Source: Nitriliruptorales bacterium | GTDB lineage: Bacteria > Actinomycetota > Nitriliruptoria > Euzebyales > Egibacteraceae | NCBI GenBank assembly: GCA_009379795.1 | Contig: WHTC01000001.1 | Span: 1 to 58,314, forward strand | Direction of reading: 5' to 3' | DNA: 58,314 bases | Part shown: positions 17,832-26,848 of the stretch, in pieces | Position numbering within the stretch: position 1 is the first letter of the stretch | Layout: every line of letters begins with the position of its first letter | Translations under genes and position numbers: made by a program | The notes under the pieces: generated by a model | Database searches by the model: none | What the model saw: the letters and a program-made list of their open reading frames with translations, nothing else | Told to the model about the DNA's origin: nothing

Positions 17832-18749
17832 ATGCCGACCATGCTCCAGCCGGTCCGGGGCTTCGACGCGGAGCTCCCGTCGCCTGTCGAAGAGCTTCAC
17901 GATGCCGCGCTTGCTCGCCACGACGTGCGGTTGCTGCTGAAGCGCGACGACCTCATCCACCCCGAGATCCCTGGGAACAAGTGGCGCAAGCTGAAGTACA
18001 ACCTGGCGGCCGCTCGGGAGGAGGGGCACTCCACGCTGCTGACATTCGGCGGCGCCTACTCGAATCACCTTCGCGCGGTGGCGGCGGTTGGCCACTCCTT
18101 CGGCTTCAACACCATCGGAGCCGTTCGCGGTGAGGACCACGCCCCACTCAACTGGTCACTCGGCTTTGCCACGAGCAGGGGCATGCGGCTCACCTATCTG
18201 GACCGGTCGACCTACCGGCGCAAGCGCGACCCCGAGGTCATCGCCACGCTGCAGCAGCAGTTCGGCCCCTTCTTCCTGGTGCCAGAAGGTGGCAGCAACG
18301 CACTCGCCGTCCAAGGGTGTGCTGAACTCCCCCCAGAAATCGACACAGGCTTCGATGTCATCTGCTGTGCCTGCGGAACCGGGGGGACCTTGGCCGGCAT
18401 TGCGAGTGGCCTTCACGAGCAGCAGCGGGCAATCGGGTTCTCAGCCCTCAAGGGCGGTCAATTTCTGGCCGGCGAGGTCGCAAAACTCCAGCGCCAGGCG
18501 TTCGGCTCCACTTCCGGGAACTGGCGCATCGAGTACGACTTCTCGTTTGGCGGCTTTGCCAAGCGCAACCCTGAACTGGATCGCTTCATCCAGGAGTTCA
18601 AGGATCGCCACGGTCTTTCCCTGGATTGGGTCTACGTGGCCAAGATGCTCTACGGAGTGTTCGCGCTCGTGGAGGGCGGCCAGTTCGAGCCGGGGACGGC
18701 GATCGTCGCCGTCATCACCGGACCGGCGGACTGCGCTCCTACGCCTTGA
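17832..18749 (+). CDS. PLP-dependent 1-aminocyclopropane-1-carboxylate deaminase / D-cysteine desulfhydrase family protein
   Basis: ATG at 17832 directly after a GGAGG SD. ..[39 protein letters not shown].. (PLP-lysine region) and ..GTGGTLAG... GC is visibly lower than in the flanks. Confidence 0.85.
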   Translation: MPTMLQPVRGFDAELPSPVEELHDAALARHDVRLLLKRDDLIHPEIPGNKWRKLKYNLAAAREEGHSTLLTFGGAYSNHLRAVAAVGHSFGFNTIGAVRGEDHAPLNWSLGFATSRGMRLTYLDRSTYRRKRDPEVIATLQQQFGPFFLVPEGGSNALAVQGCAELPPEIDTGFDVICCACGTGGTLAGIASGLHEQQRAIGFSALKGGQFLAGEVAKLQRQAFGSTSGNWRIEYDFSFGGFAKRNPELDRFIQEFKDRHGLSLDWVYVAKMLYGVFALVEGGQFEPGTAIVAVITGPADCAPTP

Positions 18750-19800
18750 GGTGGTACTCGCGCATGGCTCGTCGGGATACCGAGCCGTCGACCCACCGCA
18801 ATGCCCAGGTCCCAGTGTTGATTGCGAAGCGCTTCCCGAAGCCCAACCACTTGCCGTGCATTGTCCGGCCCATCGGGTCCAGCATCAGCTGAACCGTGCT
18901 GTGATAGGCCGCGCCCTTGTAATAGCCTGAGGGCGACGTGCGCTCACTCCAGATTCCGGTGACCACAGCACCATCCACCGACAGCTCAAGCCGGAGTCGC
19001 GAGCCCATCGAGTGCGGCAGACTTTGTCCCACCAGGCGACCGCCGTGCTTCCGGATCATCACATAGTGCTCGCCCTCCAGCTCCGTCTTCCGCCCAGAGC
19101 TGTCATAGATGTAGCGGCTGTGCCAGATGCCGGTCAGGTGGTCGTGCTCACTGGCCGGTAAGGCAACGCCTGCCGTATCTGGCTCACTGTCGGTGATGGC
19201 CGGGGTGGCTGCTGCCAGGGCGAGGCCGGCACCGAGCTTGAGCAGCAGATCACGGCGGCTAATGCCTGTATCGAGCTGTTGCACCCATGCCGCGCTGAGG
19301 CGTGCCACGTCGTGCACGTCGATCTCTTCGAGACGATCGGTCAGCATGCCGAGGCCAGCCGGTAGGGCAATCTCATGGGCAGCGCGAGCAGCGCCGTTGA
19401 CGAGTGCCGGGAGCTGCTCAAGTTCCTGTCGGGTCGTATACGCGGCATCCCGATACCGGAAGTCGGGGCAGTCAGCGAGGAGATCGGATACCCGGCATTC
19501 GTACAGTTCGGCGAGGTGACTGAGCACGCCCAGCGACGGCGCATAGCCAGTCTTGCTTGGCCAGTTCTCCCAGTACGAGAAGTTCTTGAAGGTCTTGGGG
19601 TCGGCTGGCCAGCGCTCGTTCCAGTGCTCCGCTGCCTGGCGCTGGCTCCAGCCGTGTCCCAGGCGGAAGGCAACTCGCGCGTTGATGCTGTACCGCTGAC
19701 GGAAGACCTCAGCGATCTCGGTCCACGTCTGCTGCTGGTCGCGGAGGGACGCGGTGAGCTGAAGCTGTTCCTGCCGGAGGCTGCGAGTTCCTGCGGCCAC
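18739..19800 (-). CDS. XRE-like helix-turn-helix protein with a central Tat-like/TM segment and an uncharacterised beta-rich C-terminal domain
   Basis: GTG at 19800 lies 6 nt after a perfect AAGGAG SD. N-terminus ..[65 protein letters not shown].. is an [24 protein letters not shown] is mid-protein. The C-terminus has [44 protein letters not shown]. Confidence 0.7.
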   Translation of the reverse strand: MAAGTRSLRQEQLQLTASLRDQQQTWTEIAEVFRQRYSINARVAFRLGHGWSQRQAAEHWNERWPADPKTFKNFSYWENWPSKTGYAPSLGVLSHLAELYECRVSDLLADCPDFRYRDAAYTTRQELEQLPALVNGAARAAHEIALPAGLGMLTDRLEEIDVHDVARLSAAWVQQLDTGISRRDLLLKLGAGLALAAATPAITDSEPDTAGVALPASEHDHLTGIWHSRYIYDSSGRKTELEGEHYVMIRKHGGRLVGQSLPHSMGSRLRLELSVDGAVVTGIWSERTSPSGYYKGAAYHSTVQLMLDPMGRTMHGKWLGFGKRFAINTGTWALRWVDGSVSRRAMREYHLKA

Positions 19801-19836
19801 TGCCGTCTCCTTCGGTCCGATCCGGCTGTCGAGCGT

Positions 19837-19851
19837 CCCCGTCAGACGGGG
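19837..19851. promoter_or_regulatory. 15-bp perfect palindrome in the divergent promoter region (candidate operator)
   Basis: CCCCGTCAGACGGGG at 19837-19851 lies 37 bp upstream of the HTH gene start and inside the 178-bp divergent intergenic region. Confidence 0.35.
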
Positions 19852-19978
19852 AGATCTTGTGCCAGCAGATCGTAGCCACGCGGGGTGGTCTGGCGCTGGC
19901 CGCTCGCCGAGAGTGGGCACTGTCCGGACGGCAAACCACAGGAAGGCGGATTCCGACCATGATGAAAGGAGCACAACC

Positions 19979-20473
19979 TTGACGTCCCCCGGCGACCCCG
20001 GCCGTCCAAGCGCGGGCCCTATTGAGCGACCTCCGCTGCCGGTCTACCCCTTGCGTGGTCAGCGGCCGGCTCCCCAGTCCTCCCATCTCGACAGCGTTAC
20101 CAAGGCCATGGAGGCGCTCCAGGTGGCGCGGCGCGACTGCCGGGCGAACCCACCGATCTTCACCGAACTGGGACGGGCGCTCAACGTGGTCGCCGACGTG
20201 CGAGGCGCCATGCTGACCACCGACGGCTCCCACAGCGGCACGCCCGCCGCCCCTCCCACCGAGAGACCCTCCTCTGACCAACCGCACGGCATCATGCTCG
20301 TCCCTGAGCCCGCTGGTGTCCGCGGCCAATGCCGCTGCGGCTGGCAGTCAGCCTTACTGGTGGGAGCGGCCGGCGATGAGCGCAACCTTGCCTGGGCTCG
20401 CGCCGAACATGCCGCCGACGCGCACCTCAAGAGTGCCGGAAGCTCCTCTGCGCCCGGCGGCTCCCGGCGATGA
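19979..20473 (+). CDS. hypothetical protein (164 aa), divergent from the HTH gene
   Basis: TTG at 19979 lies 7 nt after an AAGGAG-like SD (GAAAGGAGC). Third-position GC bias is moderate. No motif recognised except a C-terminal ..CRCGW.. segment. Coding status is uncertain. Confidence 0.4.
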   Translation: MTSPGDPGRPSAGPIERPPLPVYPLRGQRPAPQSSHLDSVTKAMEALQVARRDCRANPPIFTELGRALNVVADVRGAMLTTDGSHSGTPAAPPTERPSSDQPHGIMLVPEPAGVRGQCRCGWQSALLVGAAGDERNLAWARAEHAADAHLKSAGSSSAPGGSRR

Positions 20474-20482
20474 GCGCAACGC

Positions 20483-21145
20483 TCAGGCCGTGGGGCTGGT
20501 GGGAGCGAACGCGTTCGTCAGCGGCTGGCCGGACAGCTTGGCCACCTGCGCGTGCACCTTGGCGGTGAAGGCGCGGCGGCTGCGCGCGTCCGCCGCCGGC
20601 GGGGCGACGACGTCACCGAAGTGGACCTGCACGGTCCCTGCGGGCGGGCGGTGCGGCTGGGGCCAGCCACCCTTGGGCCAGACCGCAGCGGTGCCGATCA
20701 GCCCGACCGGCACACAGGGCACCTGCGCCTCAGCAGCGACCCGGCCGAGGCCGCTGCGGAAGCGGTACAGCGCCCCGGTCGGGGAGCGACTGCCCTCCGG
20801 GAACACCCCCACCGCCGCTCCACCCCGGAGCACCTCCACGATCAGGCCGATGGCCTCCATATCCGCCCGCCCGCGATCCACGGGCACCATCCCCAGCGCC
20901 ACGTTGAAGCGCCCGAACAGCCCCTCGGCCAACTCGCGCTTGCCGAGGAACCGCATCCGGCGCGGAGAGGCGGCAGCCAGCAGGTAGTGATCCAGAAACG
21001 ACAGATGGTTGGCCGCCAGCAGCACGCCCCCGCCGCCGGGCACGGCCCCTTGCCCGGTCACCTCCGCGCGGTACCACCGGCGCAGGGGAGGCCCGGAGAT
21101 GCGCTGCGCGATCCGCATAGCGAGGGGGTTGGGAACGAGAGCCAT
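20483..21145 (-). CDS. plsC: 1-acyl-sn-glycerol-3-phosphate acyltransferase family protein (lysophospholipid acyltransferase)
   Basis: H(X)4D motif in ..LLAANHLSFLDHYLL.. and the ..VGVFPEGSRSPTG.. block. Confidence 0.85.
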   Translation of the reverse strand: MALVPNPLAMRIAQRISGPPLRRWYRAEVTGQGAVPGGGGVLLAANHLSFLDHYLLAAASPRRMRFLGKRELAEGLFGRFNVALGMVPVDRGRADMEAIGLIVEVLRGGAAVGVFPEGSRSPTGALYRFRSGLGRVAAEAQVPCVPVGLIGTAAVWPKGGWPQPHRPPAGTVQVHFGDVVAPPAADARSRRAFTAKVHAQVAKLSGQPLTNAFAPTSPTA

Positions 21146-21163
21146 GCGCCTCTCCTGTGGTGC

Positions 21164-21898
21164 TCAAGCGAACAGCCCGCCATCAACCTGGACGACGGCA
21201 CCGTTCACGTAGGCTGCCCCGTCGGAGCACAGGAACGCCACGACGGCGGCAACATCCTCGGGTGTTCCCAGGCGGGCAGCGGGAACCTGCTCGACGAGCC
21301 GAGACATCTCCAGCCCCTCGGTCATCGCGGTGGCCACGAACCCCGGCGCCACCGCGTTCACGGTGATCCCGCGCTTGCCGACCTCCCGGGCGAGCGACTT
21401 GGTCAGCCCCACCAGGCCGGCCTTGCTGGCCGCGTAGTTGGCCTGGCCGGCATTGCCGTGCAGGCCGACCACGCTGGTCACGTTCACGATGCGACCTGCC
21501 CGGGCGCGCAGCATGCCGCGCAGCGCAGCCCGTGACAAGGCGAAGGCGGCGGTCAGGTTGACCTGCAACGGCAGGGCGAAGGCCTCGTCGCTCATCGATA
21601 TGGTCAGTCCGTCGGCGGTGACCCCGGCGCAGTTGACCAGCGCTCCGATCCCGCCCACCTCGTTCATCGCCTCGACCAGCGGTTCCACGCCTTGGCGCAG
21701 GTCCGCCCCGGTCAGGCGGGTCTCGACGCCAGCATCCTCGCAGCTCTTGGCCGTGGTCTCAGCGCCGTCCCGGTCGCCCCCGTAGTGCACGATCACCGGG
21801 CGGCCGGCCCGGGCCAGCGCCAGCGCAGTGGCGGCGCCGATCCCCTTGGACGCTCCGGTCACCAGCGCCCAGGCCGAGGCTGTCTGTTCGCTCGCCAC
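21164..21898 (-). CDS. fabG: 3-oxoacyl-ACP reductase (SDR)
   Basis: ..ALVTGASKGIGAATA.., ..NCAG.. and ..YAASKAGLVGLTKSLAREVGKRGITVNAVAPGFV... The GTG start immediately follows the fabD stop (TAGGTG). Confidence 0.9.
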   Translation of the reverse strand: MASEQTASAWALVTGASKGIGAATALALARAGRPVIVHYGGDRDGAETTAKSCEDAGVETRLTGADLRQGVEPLVEAMNEVGGIGALVNCAGVTADGLTISMSDEAFALPLQVNLTAAFALSRAALRGMLRARAGRIVNVTSVVGLHGNAGQANYAASKAGLVGLTKSLAREVGKRGITVNAVAPGFVATAMTEGLEMSRLVEQVPAARLGTPEDVAAVVAFLCSDGAAYVNGAVVQVDGGLFA

Positions 21899-22828
21899 CT
21901 ACAAATCCTCCGGTTCCGAGACGGTCCGCCGCTGCAGCGACCGGTCGATGCGCTTGACCATGTTGGTGAGCACGGGCGAGGCGCCCAACTCGACGACTTC
22001 GGTCACCCCCAACCGCCTGAACGTGGTTACGCTGTCCCGCCAGCGGACCGGGGTCACGACCTGGCGCCGCAGCAGGTCGGGCCACTCCCCGGCCGAGGTG
22101 TGCGGCTCGGCGTCGACGTTGGCGACCACCGGCACGGCGGCCTCGGCGAACGCCACGCGGTCCAGCGCCTCGCCGAACGGTTCGACGGCGGGGGCCATGT
22201 GCGGGCTGTGATAGGCCGCGCCGACGTTGACGTCCAGGACCTTGCCCCGTGCGGGCCGGCCGCCGTCGCCCTCCGGCGCGGGCTTGCTCAGCCGGGCGCG
22301 CAGCGTGTCCAGGGCCTCTGCGGACCCCGCGACCACGACCTGCCCCGGCGCGTTGTCGTTGGCCACGTGGACGCCGACCTCGGCGCAGGCGGCCTCGACC
22401 ACGCCATCGGGATAGCCGACGCAGGCGACCATCGTGCCCGGCATCGCGGCAGCGGCGGTCTGCGTGTGCCGGGCGCGCGCGTCGACCAGTTTCAGCGCCT
22501 CCGCGAACCCCAGGACCCCGGCGGCGACCAGCGCGTCGTACTCCCCGAGCGAATGCCCCGCGACCGCGACAGGATCCTGCCCCCCCGCCTCCCGCCAGGC
22601 GTCGAGGAGCACCGCCTGATGGACGAAAAGAGCGATCTGGCACTTGGCAGGCTCGCGCAACTCCTCGGCGTCGGCCTCGGTGCCGAGGCGCGCGACGTCC
22701 CAGCCGAGGACCTCACCCGCCTCGACCCAGCGCTTCGCCGCCGGATGATCGCGCCACGCCCGCGCCATGCCCGGTCGCTGGCTGCCCTGGCCTGGAAAGA
22801 CCAGCGCCTGCACGTTTTCGGCGCTCAT
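21899..22828 (-). CDS. fabD: ACP S-malonyltransferase
   Basis: ..LVFPGQGSQRPGM.. and the active-site GHSLGEY motif. 309 aa. Confidence 0.9.
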   Translation of the reverse strand: MSAENVQALVFPGQGSQRPGMARAWRDHPAAKRWVEAGEVLGWDVARLGTEADAEELREPAKCQIALFVHQAVLLDAWREAGGQDPVAVAGHSLGEYDALVAAGVLGFAEALKLVDARARHTQTAAAAMPGTMVACVGYPDGVVEAACAEVGVHVANDNAPGQVVVAGSAEALDTLRARLSKPAPEGDGGRPARGKVLDVNVGAAYHSPHMAPAVEPFGEALDRVAFAEAAVPVVANVDAEPHTSAGEWPDLLRRQVVTPVRWRDSVTTFRRLGVTEVVELGASPVLTNMVKRIDRSLQRRTVSEPEDL

Positions 22829-22874
22829 GGAAAGACTAGCGCCTGCACGTGTTCAGCACTCATGACATCCCCAC

Positions 22875-24182
22875 TCACGCTGGGCGGAAGACCAGGACAG
22901 CGTTGTGGCCCCCGAATCCGAAGGAGTTGGAGCAGGCAGCCCGGATCGACACCTTGCGGGGATCGCGCGAGACGACGTCCAGGTCGCACGCTGAATCCTG
23001 GTTGTCCAGGTTGAGGCTGGGTGGGACAAGGCCCTGGTTGATCGCCAGGATGGTCGCCACCGCCTCGACCCCGCCCGCCGCTCCGAGCAGGTGGCCGATC
23101 GCCGACTTGGTGCTGGTCACGGCGATCTCGTCGGTATGGGAGCCGAAGACCGCGCGGATCGCCCGGGCCTCCGCCGCATCATTGGGTGGCGTGGAGGTGC
23201 CGTGGGCGTTGATGTGGTCGACCTCGTCCGCGTCGACGCCGGCGTCGGCCAAGGCCAGGTGCAGCGCGCGGGACGCGCCGGTGCCGTCGGGCGAAGGCTG
23301 GGTCGGGTGGTACGCATCGTTGGTGAGCCCGTAACCGGCCAGTTCGCCAAGCACCCGGGCGCCACGGGCATCGGCGTGCTCGGCCCGCTCGAGCACCACC
23401 ACTCCGGCCCCCTCGCCGCTGACGAACCCGTCGCGGTCGACGTCGAAGGGTCGGCTGGCGCGCTCCGGCTCGTCATTGCGCCGGCTGAGGGCGCCAGCGG
23501 CCCCGAACCCGGCGATGGTCAGCGGGTTGACCGCGGCCTCCGCACCTCCGGCGAGGATCACGTCGGCGCGGTCATTCCGCAGCAGATCGAGTGCCATGCC
23601 GATCGCGTCGCCACCGCTCGCGCAGGCCGAGACGACGGAGAACGACGGTCCCTGCAGTCCGTGCCTGATCGCGACCTGCCCGCCACCCATGTTCAGCGGC
23701 AGCGCGATCGCCAGGTACGGCCGCACCTTCGAGGGGCCGCCGGAGAGCAGCCGCTCGTACTGGTCGGTCATCTCCTGCAGCCCGCCGATGCCAGAGGCGA
23801 TCAACGTGCCGATGCGGGTGGGGTCAAGCCCATCCACCGGCCTCAGCGACACCGCCTTGGCGTAGACCTCCTGGGGCTCGTCGGCGATCAACCCGGCGTG
23901 GGCCAGGGCCTCGCGCGCGGCGGTCAACGCGTACTGCGCGAACGGGTCCACCTGGCGGACCAATTTGCGCGGCAGGTGCTCGTACGGGTCGAAGTCCCGT
24001 ACCTCGCACGCGATCTGGACGGCGTAGTCGGAAGGGTCGAAGCGGGTGATACGCCGCGCCGTGCTCTCGCCGGACAGCAGTCCGTCGAAGAAGGTCGTGG
24101 CGCCGACACCGTAAGGGGTCACCGCCCCGACGCCGGTCACCACCACCCGGTCATTCTTGGCTGCTGCGGTGTGAGTTGACAT
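22875..24182 (-). CDS. fabF: beta-ketoacyl-ACP synthase (KAS I/II type)
   Basis: ..VVVTGVGAVTPYG.., catalytic Cys in SACASG, and His motifs HGTSTP and GHLLGAAG. The start is uncertain: in-frame ATGs at 24221, 24191 and 24182. The shortest was chosen because a divergent gene starts at 24251. Confidence 0.9.
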   Translation of the reverse strand: MSTHTAAAKNDRVVVTGVGAVTPYGVGATTFFDGLLSGESTARRITRFDPSDYAVQIACEVRDFDPYEHLPRKLVRQVDPFAQYALTAAREALAHAGLIADEPQEVYAKAVSLRPVDGLDPTRIGTLIASGIGGLQEMTDQYERLLSGGPSKVRPYLAIALPLNMGGGQVAIRHGLQGPSFSVVSACASGGDAIGMALDLLRNDRADVILAGGAEAAVNPLTIAGFGAAGALSRRNDEPERASRPFDVDRDGFVSGEGAGVVVLERAEHADARGARVLGELAGYGLTNDAYHPTQPSPDGTGASRALHLALADAGVDADEVDHINAHGTSTPPNDAAEARAIRAVFGSHTDEIAVTSTKSAIGHLLGAAGGVEAVATILAINQGLVPPSLNLDNQDSACDLDVVSRDPRKVSIRAACSNSFGFGGHNAVLVFRPA

Positions 24183-24250
24183 GCGCGTCATGTTAGCCGT
24201 GATGAACTTTGCCCGGGACACGCCACCGGGGGTGAGCGCACACTGGGCAC

Positions 24251-25165
24251 GTGCCCGCCGAGCCTGCCATCGCCGTCACCAACCTGGTCAAGTCCTACGA
24301 CCGCCGCCGTGTCGTGGACAACGTGACGCTCACCGTACCGGCAGGAGCGGTGTGTGCGCTGCTCGGGCCGAACGGAGCCGGCAAGACCACCACCGTCGAG
24401 TGTGTCGAGGGGTTCCGCGAACCCGATGAGGGTCAAGTCCGGGTCCTCGGCCTGGACCCGTTGACCCAGCGGGGCGAACTGATGCCCCGGTTGGGCGTGA
24501 TGCTGCAGGAGGGGGGCGCCTACCAGGCCGCCACGCCGTGGGAGATGCTGCGGCTGTACACACGCTTCTACCCTGACCCGCGTGACCCGGCCGACCTGTT
24601 GGAGCGGGTGGGGCTGACCGATGTGGCCGGGCGGTACTACCGGAGCTTGTCGGGCGGCCAGAAGCAGCGGCTGAACCTGGCGCTCGCCCTGGTCGGGCGT
24701 CCCGAGGTGGTCCTGCTCGACGAGCCCACGGCGGGGATGGATCCGCAGGCTCGCCAGAGCGCCTGGGAAGAGATCCGCAGCTTGAGGGCTGCGGGCGACA
24801 CGGTGCTGCTCACCACGCACTTCATGGACGAAGCGGAACGCCTGGCCGATCTGGTCGCGGTCATCGACCAAGGCCGCATGCTGGCCTTTGACTCCCCTGC
24901 CGCGCTGGTGGCCCGGCATGCCGACCAGCAGGTACTGGTGACCACGCCGGCTCGCATCGACATCATCGACCTGTCGGCAGCGGTGAGGGCCCGTGTGCGG
25001 CCTGACGGTGAGGGGCGCTACGTGGTGGACGCGGGGGCTGACAGGATTCCGCCGATCTCAGCCTGGTTCGCCGAGGAGGGCCTCCCGGTCACCGGGATCT
25101 CCGCCGGCGGTGGAGGGCTCGAAGCGGTCTTCCTGCGCCTGACCGGCCGGAAGGTGCGGCCGTGA
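24251..25165 (+). CDS. ABC transporter ATP-binding protein (ABC-2 / DrrA-like exporter subunit)
   Basis: Walker A GPNGAGKTT, signature LSGGQKQRL and Walker B VVLLDEP. Confidence 0.9.
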   Translation: MPAEPAIAVTNLVKSYDRRRVVDNVTLTVPAGAVCALLGPNGAGKTTTVECVEGFREPDEGQVRVLGLDPLTQRGELMPRLGVMLQEGGAYQAATPWEMLRLYTRFYPDPRDPADLLERVGLTDVAGRYYRSLSGGQKQRLNLALALVGRPEVVLLDEPTAGMDPQARQSAWEEIRSLRAAGDTVLLTTHFMDEAERLADLVAVIDQGRMLAFDSPAALVARHADQQVLVTTPARIDIIDLSAAVRARVRPDGEGRYVVDAGADRIPPISAWFAEEGLPVTGISAGGGGLEAVFLRLTGRKVRP

Positions 25166-25914
25166 CGGCCGGCGCTCCTCAGCGCCTGCGCGCTCAGGCG
25201 GCCATGGAACTGCGCGTGACGTTGCGCAACGGCGAGAGCCTGCTGGTCACCTTCGGCATCCCGGTCGGGCTGCTGATCTTCTTCTCACTGGTCGACGTGC
25301 TGCCGACCGACGCCGAAAGGCCGGTGGATTTCCTGCTTCCCGGGGTGCTCGCGCTGTCGGTGATGAGCGCGTCCATGGTGGCGCTTGCGATCGCGACCGG
25401 CTTCGAGCGGTACTGGCTGGTGCTCAAGCGGCTCGGCGCCACCCCGCTGCGGCGCGCGGAGTTGATCGGCGCGAAGATCCTGGCGATCAGCCTGGTGCAG
25501 GGGCTCCAGATCGCGGTGGTGCTCGTCGTCGGGGTCGGTCTGCTCGGCTACCGGGCCGAAGGCGGCGGGCGGGCGCCTCTGTGGCTGGCGCCGGTCGCCA
25601 TCGTGCTGGGGACCTCGGCGTTCGCCGGCCTGGGCCTGGCGATGGCGGGACGGCTGAGGGCGGTGGCGACACTGGCGCTGGCCAACGCCGCCTACCTGAT
25701 GCTGCTGCTGATCAGCGGCATCGCCTTCCCCCTGGACCGGCTGCCGGACTGGCTGGCGATGCTGGCCCGGGCGTTGCCCGCGGCGCCACTGGCCGAGCTC
25801 CTCCGCGCCGCTCTCGGCGCACCGGCGACACCTGTACCCGTCAACCTGCTCATCCTCCTGGCCTGGGCAGTCGGCGCTCCCGCCCTGGCCAGCAGCCTGT
25901 TCCGCTGGGAGTAG
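25162..25914 (+). CDS. ABC-2 type transporter permease
   Basis: 250 aa with about 6 TM segments. The GTG start overlaps the ATPase gene stop (GTGA). Confidence 0.8.
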   Translation: MTAGAPQRLRAQAAMELRVTLRNGESLLVTFGIPVGLLIFFSLVDVLPTDAERPVDFLLPGVLALSVMSASMVALAIATGFERYWLVLKRLGATPLRRAELIGAKILAISLVQGLQIAVVLVVGVGLLGYRAEGGGRAPLWLAPVAIVLGTSAFAGLGLAMAGRLRAVATLALANAAYLMLLLISGIAFPLDRLPDWLAMLARALPAAPLAELLRAALGAPATPVPVNLLILLAWAVGAPALASSLFRWE

Positions 25915-25954
25915 CCCGGCCTGACTCCCCGGCGCCCGGCGGGCGGCGGCGGGA

Positions 25955-26848
25955 TCAGCCGATGATGATCGCGTCGGCGGCCATGGCGGTGAACAGCAGG
26001 CCGAGGTAGGTGATCGAGTAGCGGAAGGTGCGCATCGCCAGGCGCTCGGTTTGGTGACGCAGCAGACGGACGGCGTAGCAGATGAAGATGCCGCCGAGCA
26101 CGAGCGCCGCCATCAGGTACAGCGGGCCCATGCCGCCGACCGGGCCGAACAGCAGCGTGACCGACACCAGCAGGATCGTGTACAGCAGGATCTGCCGCGC
26201 CGTCTCCTTCGGCCCGGCCACCACCGGCAGCATCGGCACGCCGGCGCGCGCGTAGTCGTCGGAGTACTTCATGGCCAGCGCCCAGAAGTGCGGCGGTGTC
26301 CAGGCGAACACGATGGCGAACAGCACCAGCGCGGGCAGACCGACCTCACCGGTCACCGCCGACCAGCCGACCAGCACCGGCACACACCCCGCGGCACCGC
26401 CGATCACGATGTTCTGCACCGTCCGGCGCTTGAGGCCCAGGGTGTAGACGAACACGTAGAACAGCAGCGCCGCGGTCGCCAGCAACGCCGACAGCAGGTT
26501 CACGGCCAGCGCCAGCCACACGAAGGCCAGCGCGCCGAGCAGGATGCCGAAGCGCAGGGCGTTGGCGGGCGAGACCGCGTGCCGGGGCAGAGGCCGGTGC
26601 GACGTCCGGTGCATCTGCTCGTCGATGTCGCGGTCTGCCCAGCTGTTGATGGTGTTGGCGCCGCCAGCCGCCAGGGTCCCGCCGATGAGCGTGGCCATGA
26701 CCAGCCACAGGTCCGGGATGCCGCGCTGGGCCACCACCATGGTCGGCAGCGTGGTGACCAGCAGCAGTTCGATGATCCGCGGCTTGGTGAGGCCGACGTA
26801 CGCGCGTACGGTCTCCCGCACGCTCGGCGGGGCGACCTCCACACTCAT
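25955..26848 (-). CDS. ctaB: protoheme IX farnesyltransferase (heme O synthase)
   Basis: The internal ATG at 26848 gives MSVEVAPPSVRETVRAYVGLTKPRIIELLLVTT.. with the ..NSWADRDIDEQMHRT.. prenyltransferase motif. The start overlaps the ctaA stop (ATGA). Confidence 0.9.
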   Translation of the reverse strand: MSVEVAPPSVRETVRAYVGLTKPRIIELLLVTTLPTMVVAQRGIPDLWLVMATLIGGTLAAGGANTINSWADRDIDEQMHRTSHRPLPRHAVSPANALRFGILLGALAFVWLALAVNLLSALLATAALLFYVFVYTLGLKRRTVQNIVIGGAAGCVPVLVGWSAVTGEVGLPALVLFAIVFAWTPPHFWALAMKYSDDYARAGVPMLPVVAGPKETARQILLYTILLVSVTLLFGPVGGMGPLYLMAALVLGGIFICYAVRLLRHQTERLAMRTFRYSITYLGLLFTAMAADAIIIG

